A stretch of 16,211 nt of DNA. It comes from Candidatus Saganbacteria bacterium (GTDB lineage: Bacteria > Margulisbacteria > WOR-1 > JAKLHX01). A program made the position numbers and the translations under genes. Positions 8,467 through 15,927 of the stretch are shown piece after piece. Each line of letters begins with the position of its first letter. Within the stretch, counting starts at the first letter, position 1. Below the pieces are notes generated by a model. It did not search any database. It worked only from the letters and a program-made list of their open reading frames with translations, and had not been told where the DNA came from. The stretch spans positions 1 to 16,211 of the forward strand of contig JAPLKZ010000004.1 in assembly GCA_026387835.1 (NCBI GenBank). Direction: 5' to 3'.

Positions 8467-9746
8467 AGTTCGTTCCTCACAAGATCGGCGTACGTTTCTC
8501 TCTTCAATAATAAATTTGCTTTACCTGATCTCACATTTACCATTGCGGGCTTCATAAATTTGTTGTAATTGCTCGCCATTGAATAATTGTATGCTCCGGT
8601 GCATGCGACCGCAATGATGTCGCCCTTTTTGACTTTCGGGAAGAAACAGTCCTTGATGATGATATCACCGGATTCGCATGCCCTTCCGGCGATCGTCAGT
8701 TTTTCCTCTGCTCTTGCTCTCGCGTTGCTCGCGACAAAAGCCTCGTATTTTGAACCGTAAAGGATGAATCTCGGGTTGTCCGACATGCCGCCGTCGATAA
8801 CAGCATATTTTCTTATACCGGCAATATCTTTTACCGTTCCGACAGTATACAACGTGACCATGGCGGGGCCGACCAGCGACCTGCCCGGTTCAAGCACCAG
8901 CCTGGGAAGCTTGAGCTTAAATCTTTTTGAAAGATCGGTCACTGTCCTGATGATCTTATCCGCAAAGGGCTTTAATTCAGGTGATCTCGTATCACTGGTA
9001 TAAGCGACACCTATTCCGCCGCCGATATTTAATTCGTCAGATTCTATCCTGTATTTTCTCTTTATATCCCTGAAAAGCCCTAACAGCACCTCGATCTCCG
9101 CAGCATAAGGGGCCTTATCAAATATCATGGAACCGATATGGCTGTGAAGGCCTTTATATACAAGATTTTTCGATCTTATTATCTTTCCAACTGTTTTCAG
9201 GACTTCCTTTTTAGAGATGCCGAACTTAGAATCCACAGCACCCGTTTTTATGAAATCATGCGTGTGCGCTTCTATCCCTGGATTCACGCGCAACAATATT
9301 CCGGTCTTTTTATCCGCCTTGCGTGATGCCTTTTCAACCGATCCCAGCTCGTCAAGATTGTCCGCTACAAATGTCACTTTTTCCCTGACCCCGTATTCTA
9401 TCTCTTCTCCCGTCTTGTTATTCCCGTGAAAATAGATCGTCCCGGCTTTGCATCCCGCTCTCAGGGCCGTGTAAAGCTCGCCGCCTGAAGCAACATCCAT
9501 CCCTATGCCCTCGGTCTTTATTATCTTGAGCACGCCGATGACGCTTAATGCTTTGTTGGCATAAATTATCCTGAAATCCGGATAATCCCTGAACGCCTGA
9601 ATGTACTCTCTGCAGTTCGAGCGCAGGCTGTCTTCGTCAAGAACAAAAAGCGGAGTGCCGAACTTTTTTGCGAGAGCGGCCGTATCGCAGCCCCCTATCT
9701 CCAGATGTCCTTTTGAATTTATCTTTGATGTTTTTGGAAGGTTCAT
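8463..9746 (-). CDS. lysA: diaminopimelate decarboxylase
   Basis: 427-aa ORF of the PLP-dependent Orn/DAP/Arg decarboxylase fold type III: YANKA (PLP Lys), HSHIGS, GGG.GV, EPGR, CESGD. An SD (GAGGGGG) lies upstream. Its start overlaps the cimA stop (ATGA). Confidence 0.93.
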   Translation of the reverse strand: MNLPKTSKINSKGHLEIGGCDTAALAKKFGTPLFVLDEDSLRSNCREYIQAFRDYPDFRIIYANKALSVIGVLKIIKTEGIGMDVASGGELYTALRAGCKAGTIYFHGNNKTGEEIEYGVREKVTFVADNLDELGSVEKASRKADKKTGILLRVNPGIEAHTHDFIKTGAVDSKFGISKKEVLKTVGKIIRSKNLVYKGLHSHIGSMIFDKAPYAAEIEVLLGLFRDIKRKYRIESDELNIGGGIGVAYTSDTRSPELKPFADKIIRTVTDLSKRFKLKLPRLVLEPGRSLVGPAMVTLYTVGTVKDIAGIRKYAVIDGGMSDNPRFILYGSKYEAFVASNARARAEEKLTIAGRACESGDIIIKDCFFPKVKKGDIIAVACTGAYNYSMASNYNKFMKPAMVNVRSGKANLLLKRETYADLVRNEL

Positions 9747-11308
9747 TTTACCCCCTCTATCATCAGCTTGTATTCAAAACTGTCGATCAAAGCCAGCCAG
9801 CTTGCCTCTATGACGTTCGATGAAACTCCCACGGTACCCCATGTTTTTTTCTCGTCGGCCGATTCTATCAGGACGCGGACCTTCGCGGCAGTACCGTCGG
9901 TACTGTCAAGCACCCTGACCTTATAATCCGTGAGCTTCACTTCGTTTATCACGGGAAATCTTTTTGACAAAGTACCGCGTACAGCCTCGTCCAGTGCGTT
10001 GACCGGACCGTTGCCGTGTCCTTTTGCGCGTATAAGTTTCCTGCCGAGCATTATCTCGACTTTAGCTTCCACTTCCATCTTCTTGTTCTTTGTCTTGACC
10101 GTGTTCACCTCGAACTTGTGCCACTTGAACGGTAGTTGGAAAAGCCCCATTTCTTTTTTTATCAGTATCTCGAACGACGCTTCTCCCTCCTCGAACTGGT
10201 AACCCTGGTGTTCCAGTGTCTTCAGCTTCGCGAGAAGCGGTCTTACTTGCGGGGATTCTTTTTTAAGATCAGCCCCGAACTCTTTTGCCTTAAATACCAG
10301 GTTGCTTATGCCTGAAAGCTCGGACACGGTCACTCTTCTTTCGTTGCCGACTGCTTCCGGGCTTATATGCTCGTAAGTATTTGTATGTTTCATCACTGCG
10401 CTCACGTGTATGCCGCCTTTATGGGTGAAAGCAGACCTGCCGACAAAAGGCTGGTGGCCCGAAAGAGGCAGATTGGCTATCTCGCTCACGTGCCTTGAGA
10501 TCTCGGTAAGCCTTTTCAAATTTACGTCAGTTATGCAGTCTATGCCGAGCTTCAGCTTCAATATAGGTATTATCGAGCAGAGGTTTGCGTTCCCGCATCT
10601 TTCGCCGTAGCCGTTCACTGTCCCCTGCACGTGCGTGACGCCGCAATAGACCGCCATCTCCGTCACTGACACCGCGCACTCGCAGTCGTTATGCGCGTGT
10701 ATTCCCAGAGGAGTTTTGATCACGTCATTCACTTCTTTTATTATCTTCTGGACCTCGAAAGCGAGTGTGCCTCCGTTCGTATCGCAAAGGCATATCACAT
10801 CGGCCCCTGCCCTTTCGGCTTCCTTTAATGTCCTGATCGCGTACTGCGGATTTGCTTTGTAACCGTCAAAGAAATGCTCCGCGTCGTATATGACCTCTTT
10901 ACCCTTTGACTTGAGGTGCCTGACAGTGTCATATATCATCAAAAGGTTCTCTTCAAGCGTTGTATGCAGAGCTTCAGTCACGTGAAAATCCCAGCTTTTC
11001 CCGAATATCGAGACCGCCTTTGTATCAGCCTCTATGAGAGTACTGATATTCTTGTCTTCTTCAACAGGAATGCCGGCTCTTCTTGTGCTGCTGAACGCCA
11101 CGATCGTCGAGTTTTTAAGCGGCACATCCTTGATCTTTTCAAAAAAAGCTATGTCTTTCGGGTTAGAACCCGGCCAGCCGCCCTCTATATAATGTACACC
11201 GATAGAATCAAGAAGGCGCGCGATCTTTATCTTATCCTCCACCGTGAAGGAAATGCCTTCCGTCTGTGCCCCGTCGCGGAGCGTTGTATCAAATAGTTTT
11301 ACCATCAT
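9743..11308 (-). CDS. cimA: citramalate synthase (LeuA/CimA family, short form with C-terminal LeuA-dimer regulatory domain)
   Basis: 521-aa ORF. Its N-terminus ([41 protein letters not shown]) is characteristic of the citramalate-synthase clade of the HMGL-like family, and HAHND and GERCGNA motifs are present. CimA versus LeuA cannot be settled without phylogeny. Confidence 0.85.
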   Translation of the reverse strand: MMVKLFDTTLRDGAQTEGISFTVEDKIKIARLLDSIGVHYIEGGWPGSNPKDIAFFEKIKDVPLKNSTIVAFSSTRRAGIPVEEDKNISTLIEADTKAVSIFGKSWDFHVTEALHTTLEENLLMIYDTVRHLKSKGKEVIYDAEHFFDGYKANPQYAIRTLKEAERAGADVICLCDTNGGTLAFEVQKIIKEVNDVIKTPLGIHAHNDCECAVSVTEMAVYCGVTHVQGTVNGYGERCGNANLCSIIPILKLKLGIDCITDVNLKRLTEISRHVSEIANLPLSGHQPFVGRSAFTHKGGIHVSAVMKHTNTYEHISPEAVGNERRVTVSELSGISNLVFKAKEFGADLKKESPQVRPLLAKLKTLEHQGYQFEEGEASFEILIKKEMGLFQLPFKWHKFEVNTVKTKNKKMEVEAKVEIMLGRKLIRAKGHGNGPVNALDEAVRGTLSKRFPVINEVKLTDYKVRVLDSTDGTAAKVRVLIESADEKKTWGTVGVSSNVIEASWLALIDSFEYKLMIEGVK

Positions 11309-11317
11309 TATGGAAAA

Positions 11318-11326
11318 ATTATAACA
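11318..11326 (-). promoter_or_regulatory. candidate extended -10 promoter (TGTTATAAT) 9 nt upstream of the cimA ATG
   Basis: The minus strand reads atgTGTTATAATttttccataATGATG. The hexamer is a perfect TATAAT with a TGn extension. No SD lies between it and the start codon. Confidence 0.5.
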
Positions 11327-11386
11327 TAGTATCGATTTTCAGGGTATCCGTATTAGAGTGAAGGGACCGAGGGGAATGAAATGCCT

Positions 11387-11662
11387 CTATTCAGCGATCT
11401 CCATTATCAGGCCGTTCTTCCAGGTCTCTATGCCGAGAGCTTCGACAAAATCCGCGGTGTTGAACTGATGGACCGGTATCTGCCTGTAGTGTTTTCCGTT
11501 CCCGTTACCGTTCATGGCTTTTTTATACGCCAAGTTGACGATATCATCCAGGATCTTATAAGGCGAATCGACCATCAATTTCTGTGAAATAAATTGTATG
11601 ACGCCAAGCAGTTTTCCCTGGCTTTCCGTATCATTATTGACTTCGTATATATTGATCTTCAT
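11387..11662 (-). CDS. hypothetical protein (91 aa)
   Basis: It is co-directional with cimA, 78 nt upstream of it. An SD-like GAGAGG lies 8 nt before the ATG. Its Lys-rich composition and ATA/AGG codon use match neighbouring genes better than the overlapping 68-aa plus-strand ORF does. I recognise no family. Confidence 0.5.
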   Translation of the reverse strand: MKINIYEVNNDTESQGKLLGVIQFISQKLMVDSPYKILDDIVNLAYKKAMNGNGNGKHYRQIPVHQFNTADFVEALGIETWKNGLIMEIAE

Positions 11663-11664
11663 AT

Positions 11665-11684
11665 TCAGAGCCTCTCAGAGCTTC
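11665..11684. repeat. tandem 10-nt direct repeat (TCAGAGCCTC TCAGAGCTTC)
   Basis: Two adjacent copies, 9/10 identical, lie immediately upstream of the 91-aa ORF start. On the minus strand they contain its SD-like GAGAGG. Confidence 0.5.
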
Positions 11685-11689
11685 TATTT

Positions 11690-11708
11690 TAGAGGGTTAC
11701 CCCCTCTA
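11690..11708. promoter_or_regulatory. perfect 7-bp inverted repeat (TAGAGGG-ttacc-CCCTCTA) in the divergent intergenic region
   Basis: Read directly from the sequence. No T-tract follows on either strand, so it is not an intrinsic terminator. It may be an operator or a 5'-UTR hairpin of the 91-aa ORF transcript. Confidence 0.4.
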
Positions 11709-11730
11709 TATATCTATCGTCAAATTTTTG

Positions 11731-11759
11731 TGGAAATTTCGCTGTTAAAATGTTATATT
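11731..11759 (+). promoter_or_regulatory. candidate promoter for the udg operon (TGGAAA-N17-TATATT with TGT extension), with the -10 box 9 nt from the ATG
   Basis: TGGAAA (11731-11736), TGTTATATT (11751-11759), gaaaagcaa, then ATG (11769). No SD is present. Confidence 0.5.
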
Positions 11760-11768
11760 GAAAAGCAA

Positions 11769-12401
11769 ATGAGCGCGAGTAAGCCAAGATCCTTTGACGG
11801 CCTTTCATACAGCCAGGTCAATGAAAAAGCGCAGACCTGCAGGAATTGCGGATTGCATCTTACGAGGAACAAGGTTGTTTTCGGCAAGGGCCCGGTACCC
11901 TGCGGGCTGATGCTCATAGGAGAAGGCCCGGGTGCCGACGAAGACGTGCAGGGGTTCCCGTTCGTCGGGAGAGCCGGCCAGCTTCTGACAAAGATATTTG
12001 AATCGGTCGGGATCGACAGGGAAAATGAAGTCTATATCACAAATACGGTAAAATGCAGGCCGCCGGAAAACAGGACGCCTTCAAATGACGAGATCGAAGC
12101 CTGCCATCCCTATCTGGAAGCGCAGATAAGTCTGATCGCCCCCAAGATAATCGTTCTCGCGGGCTCCCCGGCATGCAAGACCATGCTAAAAAGCGAAGAG
12201 CCCATCTCAAAGATACGGGGAAAATGGTTCAAGATGGAAGGCAGGGACACTATGATGATGCCGATATTCCACCCGTCATATCTCCTGCGCAACCAGTCAA
12301 AAGAGAAGAATGCCCCGAAATGGCTGACATGGCAGGATATGATCGAGATAAAGAACGCGTATGATTGCGTCAAAAAAGCCGAACAACTGGAGGCCCGTTA
12401 G
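11769..12401 (+). CDS. uracil-DNA glycosylase, family 4 (4Fe-4S type)
   Basis: 210 aa from the ATG at 11769. Motif A is GEGPG..ED, followed by PFVG.AG..L, and motif B is HPSYLLR. The four Cys residues are arranged as in family 4 (CRNC ... C-x15-C). The upstream 57 codons of the track ORF are rejected because they cover the promoter and the opposite-strand ORF. Confidence 0.9.
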   Translation: MSASKPRSFDGLSYSQVNEKAQTCRNCGLHLTRNKVVFGKGPVPCGLMLIGEGPGADEDVQGFPFVGRAGQLLTKIFESVGIDRENEVYITNTVKCRPPENRTPSNDEIEACHPYLEAQISLIAPKIIVLAGSPACKTMLKSEEPISKIRGKWFKMEGRDTMMMPIFHPSYLLRNQSKEKNAPKWLTWQDMIEIKNAYDCVKKAEQLEAR

Positions 12402-12404
12402 GAT

Positions 12405-13196
12405 ATGAAGAAAAAATTAACCGTTTCCCTCATCCAGATGGACATAAAGACTGCTATGGCCGAAAAGAATTTTGAAACTGCTGCAGATCTTATCGAAAAA
12501 GCCGGAAGGTACAAGCCGGATTTCATCGTCCTTCCCGAGATGTGGTCGACAGGATTCGCGTACCTCGATCTTCACGGCATCGCAAAAAGATGGTCAGAGG
12601 AGACGATGGATTTCATCAAATATCACGCCAGGAGGTCGTCCGCTGTACTTATAGCCGGTTCAGTACCGGAAGTTTCCGAAAAAAAAGTTTATAACACGTG
12701 TTTTGTGGCCGATCCTTCCGGAGAAATATCCGGCAAATATAGAAAAACGCATTCCTTCAGCCCGACCGGTGAAAATACGCATTTTGCTAACGGCGAGACC
12801 GCCGACGCGCTGGAGACCGGGTTCGGGAAGATCGGGGTGATAATATGCTATGATCTCAGGTTCCCCGAACTGTCAAGGAAACTATGGACAAAAGGGATCA
12901 ATATGCTTTTTGTCCCCGCGCAGTTCCCGTCGGTGAGGATAGACCACTGGCTGACGCTCCTTAAAGCGAGAGCCATTGAAAACCACATTTTTACGATCGG
13001 ATGCAACCGGGTCGGGAAAGACAAAAGATACGAATATCCTGGCGAGTCCGTTGTGTTCGATCCGTTCGGCAACACGGTCGAAAAAGCCGGAGGCAAAGAA
13101 TGCGTGATGACCTGCACGATAGACCCGGACAAAATTAAAGAAGCGAATGAAAGGATACCGATCCAGAAGGACAGACGGCCGGAAGTTTATAAATGA
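12405..13196 (+). CDS. carbon-nitrogen hydrolase family protein (nitrilase superfamily amidase, substrate unknown)
   Basis: 263-aa ORF with the Glu-Lys-Cys triad in its usual contexts: LPEMW, YRKTH, ICYDLRFPE. It starts 3 nt after the udg stop. Confidence 0.88.
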   Translation: MKKKLTVSLIQMDIKTAMAEKNFETAADLIEKAGRYKPDFIVLPEMWSTGFAYLDLHGIAKRWSEETMDFIKYHARRSSAVLIAGSVPEVSEKKVYNTCFVADPSGEISGKYRKTHSFSPTGENTHFANGETADALETGFGKIGVIICYDLRFPELSRKLWTKGINMLFVPAQFPSVRIDHWLTLLKARAIENHIFTIGCNRVGKDKRYEYPGESVVFDPFGNTVEKAGGKECVMTCTIDPDKIKEANERIPIQKDRRPEVYK

Positions 13197-14254
13197 AAAT
13201 CCGAAATCCAAATGATGAAAATGCGACCGTTTATTTTTTGCCCATTGAGGATGTTAATGCCGAGAGTCTTGTGTCTTTATTTGAAAAAGCGGGATTTAAT
13301 GATCTTATCGAAAAAGACAAGCTCACCGCGATAAAAGTCCATTTCGGTGAGATGGGCAACACCGCATACCTTAAACCTGAAAATGTCATGCCCATAGCAG
13401 AAAAAATATCTGCACTCGGCAGCAAGCCTTTCCTGACGGACGCGAATACGCTTTATAAAGGTACAAGGGGCGATGCTGTTTCCCACATAAATACCGCGCA
13501 TGCACACGGTTATGATTTTGCACCTGTCGTCATAGCCGACGGCCTGCAGGGAAAAGATTATTACAAGGTCCCTGTTAACCTTAAACATTTTAAAGAGGTG
13601 AATATCGGCTCCGCCTGCCATCACATCGACTCTATGATAGTGATGACCCATTTCAAAGGGCACGAAGTAACGGGATTCGGAGGGGCGATAAAGAACGTCG
13701 GCATGGGGCTAGGCTCGCGCTCCGGCAAGCAGCAGATGCACGCGGATGTATCCCCTTCCGTTAAAACTCCAAAGTGCACGGGATGCGGACTTTGCGTCAA
13801 GTGGTGCCCTCAGGATGCGATCGTTCTGACAGACGGGAAAGCCGTCATAGACCGCTCAAAATGCATCGGATGCGCTGAATGCATAGTCACCTGCGATTTC
13901 GATGCGATATCGATCGAGTGGAACGGCTCTCCGAAATCGCTCCAGGAAAAGATGGCGGAATATTGCTGCGGCGCGGTCAGAGGGAAAAAATGCGGCTATT
14001 TCAACTTTATCGTCGATGTGTCGCCCAATTGCGATTGTTACAATTTCAATCACCCTCCGATCGTAAAGGATATAGGTGTCGTCGCGTCCCTTGACCCTGT
14101 TGCCATTGACCAGGCAAGCGTTGACCTTGTCAACAAGGCGGCGGGTTTTGATATAATAAAAAAGACCTGGCCGGACATCGATCACAATATCCAGCTCGAT
14201 TACGGCGAGCAGATAGGTCTCGGCCTTAGAAAGTATGAGTTGATCTCGACGTGA
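13193..14254 (+). CDS. DUF362-domain protein with an inserted 2x[4Fe-4S] ferredoxin module
   Basis: 353-aa ORF. The N-terminal DUF362-like pattern (IKVHFGE.GN..Y..P, FLTDANT.Y, THFKGHE..GFGGAIKN.GMG) is followed by CTGCGLCVKWCP and CIGCAECIVTCD motifs, then DUF362-like sequence resumes. Its ATG overlaps the hydrolase stop (ATGA). Confidence 0.85.
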   Translation: MKIRNPNDENATVYFLPIEDVNAESLVSLFEKAGFNDLIEKDKLTAIKVHFGEMGNTAYLKPENVMPIAEKISALGSKPFLTDANTLYKGTRGDAVSHINTAHAHGYDFAPVVIADGLQGKDYYKVPVNLKHFKEVNIGSACHHIDSMIVMTHFKGHEVTGFGGAIKNVGMGLGSRSGKQQMHADVSPSVKTPKCTGCGLCVKWCPQDAIVLTDGKAVIDRSKCIGCAECIVTCDFDAISIEWNGSPKSLQEKMAEYCCGAVRGKKCGYFNFIVDVSPNCDCYNFNHPPIVKDIGVVASLDPVAIDQASVDLVNKAAGFDIIKKTWPDIDHNIQLDYGEQIGLGLRKYELIST

Positions 14255-14895
14255 GCGATCTTTTGAAAGACAAAGAGTTCATCGAACTTGAAAAAAAGTT
14301 CCCTTTCCTGTCCCGATACAGGCAGGAGAACGAGATAGATAAACTGCCTTATATCATCGTGGACATCGAGACGACCGGGCTTGACCCCGCGTCAAGCGAG
14401 ATCATCGAGATCGGAGCGATAAAGACCGCGGGGCCGGTCGAAAAAGATGTATTTACCACGCTTATAAAGCCCACAGGCCCTATCCCGCCTGAAATAGAAC
14501 GTCTTACAGGCATCTCGCAGGACATGGTGGAAGGAAAACCCGGTATCAAACAAGTACTGCAGGATTTTATCGATTTTGCCGGGAGCAGCATAATAGTCGC
14601 GCACAACAGTGATTTTGACCTCGGCTTTTTAAAATACCATATCCGGAAAGAACTGGAAAAAGAATTCACTAACAGGGTCGCCTGCACGGTAAAAGTGTCC
14701 AGGACTATCGTTCCCGGCCTCAGGAACTACAAGCTGCATACGGTCGCCGAGCACATGGGGATCGAAGTCCGGAACAGGCACAGGGCCATGGGAGACAGCG
14801 AGATAACTTTTAAAGTCTGGAATAAGCTCGTTGAACTTATGATGCAGAAAGATATGACGACTTTTCATGAGATAGAAAAGATCATGGCGGTTTGA
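14251..14895 (+). CDS. DnaQ/epsilon-like DEDDh 3'-5' exonuclease
   Basis: 214-aa ORF with Exo I (IIVDIETTGL), Exo II (VAHNSDFDLGFL) and Exo III (HRAMGDSE). The GTG start overlaps the DUF362 stop (GTGA). No in-frame ATG precedes Exo I. Confidence 0.85.
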   Translation: MSDLLKDKEFIELEKKFPFLSRYRQENEIDKLPYIIVDIETTGLDPASSEIIEIGAIKTAGPVEKDVFTTLIKPTGPIPPEIERLTGISQDMVEGKPGIKQVLQDFIDFAGSSIIVAHNSDFDLGFLKYHIRKELEKEFTNRVACTVKVSRTIVPGLRNYKLHTVAEHMGIEVRNRHRAMGDSEITFKVWNKLVELMMQKDMTTFHEIEKIMAV

Positions 14896-14920
14896 TTAAA
14901 CCTGTTGTTTTTGTTATATT
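14892..14920 (+). promoter_or_regulatory. candidate promoter for pta (TTGATT-N17-TATATT with TGT extension), with the -10 box 8 nt from the ATG
   Basis: TTGATT (14892-14897, overlapping the exonuclease stop), a 17-nt spacer ending in TGT, TATATT (14915-14920), aaaataaa, then ATG (14929). No SD is present. Confidence 0.55.
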
Positions 14921-14928
14921 AAAATAAA

Positions 14929-15927
14929 ATGGAATTTCTAGAAAATACCTGGAACAAGGCAAAAAGGCTTCAAAAGAGGATCATCCTTCCCGAGACAGAT
15001 GATATCAGGATAATCAAAGCTTCTGATCTCATATTAAAAAGCAGGATCGCATGTCTCATCCTCATCGGGTCACCGGACAAGATAAACAGTGCCGCGGCTT
15101 CAAGCGGCATCGACCTTTCAAAGGCAGAGATCGTAGACCCCTCTTCTTCGCCGAAACTTGACAGGTACATCGAGATCTATATGAACAATATGAAGGCGCA
15201 CAAGCACGATATCTCATATGACGATGCAAAAAAACTTCTGACAACCGACTATCCGTTCTTCGGCGCGATGATGATAGCCGAGGGCGATGCTGACGGCATG
15301 GTCACGGGTGCGGACCATGCTACCGCGCATACTATCAAAGCAGCCGTATATTCCGTCGGACTTGCCGAAGGGATTAAGATCCTTTCAAGCTTTTTTATAA
15401 TGGTGTTGAAGACCCCGCAGTTCGGCGTGAATGGAGTGCTGTTCTACGCGGATTGCGGTGTAGTCCCTGATCCCGACGATAAACAGCTTTGCGATATAAC
15501 GCTTTCGACAGCAGATTCTTTCCGGAAGCTCATGGGCCGCGAGCCGAGGATCGCCATGCTCTCATTCTCGACAATGGGAAGCGGTAGCGGCGGGTCCATC
15601 GAAAAAGTGAAGTCCGCGCTGAAAATGATAAAAGAAAAAAGCCCGGACCTGGCTGTTGACGGCGAGATGCAGGCTGATGCCGCGCTTATCGCTTCTATCG
15701 GGAAGAAAAAAGCGCCCGAGAGCAAAGTCGCGGGCCGCGCTAACGTCCTGATATTCCCCAACCTTGATGCCGGAAATATCGGATACAAGCTGACCGAGAG
15801 GCTCGCGGACGCCACTGCGCTCGGCCCGTTGCTGCAGGGATGCGCGAAGCCGATAAACGATCTTTCACGCGGTTGCAGCGTCGACGACATAGCGACCATT
15901 ACCGCGGTGACCGCTCTGCAGGTATAA
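14929..15927 (+). CDS. pta: phosphate acetyltransferase (PTA_PTB family, short form)
   Basis: 332-aa ORF with RIILPE..D.R...A, GDADGMV.G, the FYADCGV/P.P pattern, GEMQADAA, ANVLIFPNLDAGNI.YK and PINDLSRG, all typical of Pta. No ackA gene is adjacent in the window. Confidence 0.92.
   Translation: MEFLENTWNKAKRLQKRIILPETDDIRIIKASDLILKSRIACLILIGSPDKINSAAASSGIDLSKAEIVDPSSSPKLDRYIEIYMNNMKAHKHDISYDDAKKLLTTDYPFFGAMMIAEGDADGMVTGADHATAHTIKAAVYSVGLAEGIKILSSFFIMVLKTPQFGVNGVLFYADCGVVPDPDDKQLCDITLSTADSFRKLMGREPRIAMLSFSTMGSGSGGSIEKVKSALKMIKEKSPDLAVDGEMQADAALIASIGKKKAPESKVAGRANVLIFPNLDAGNIGYKLTERLADATALGPLLQGCAKPINDLSRGCSVDDIATITAVTALQV

Noticed and set aside
11381-11587. 68-aa plus-strand ORF with an SD-like GAGGGG, overlapping the 91-aa minus ORF
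   Set aside because: It is shorter, R-rich and K-poor, unlike neighbouring proteins, and would form a lone unit pointing into the udg promoter. I prefer the minus-strand ORF, but this is not decisive without conservation data.
11690-11708. 7-bp hairpin considered as a Rho-independent terminator
   Set aside because: No T/U-tract follows on either strand, and it lies upstream, not downstream, of both flanking genes.
11598-11768. 57-codon N-terminal extension of the UDG ORF
   Set aside because: The extension covers the intergenic palindrome, the candidate promoter and part of the opposite-strand 91-aa ORF, and it translates to hydrophobic low-complexity sequence. Family-4 UDGs start near the CxxC motif, which fits the ATG at 11769.
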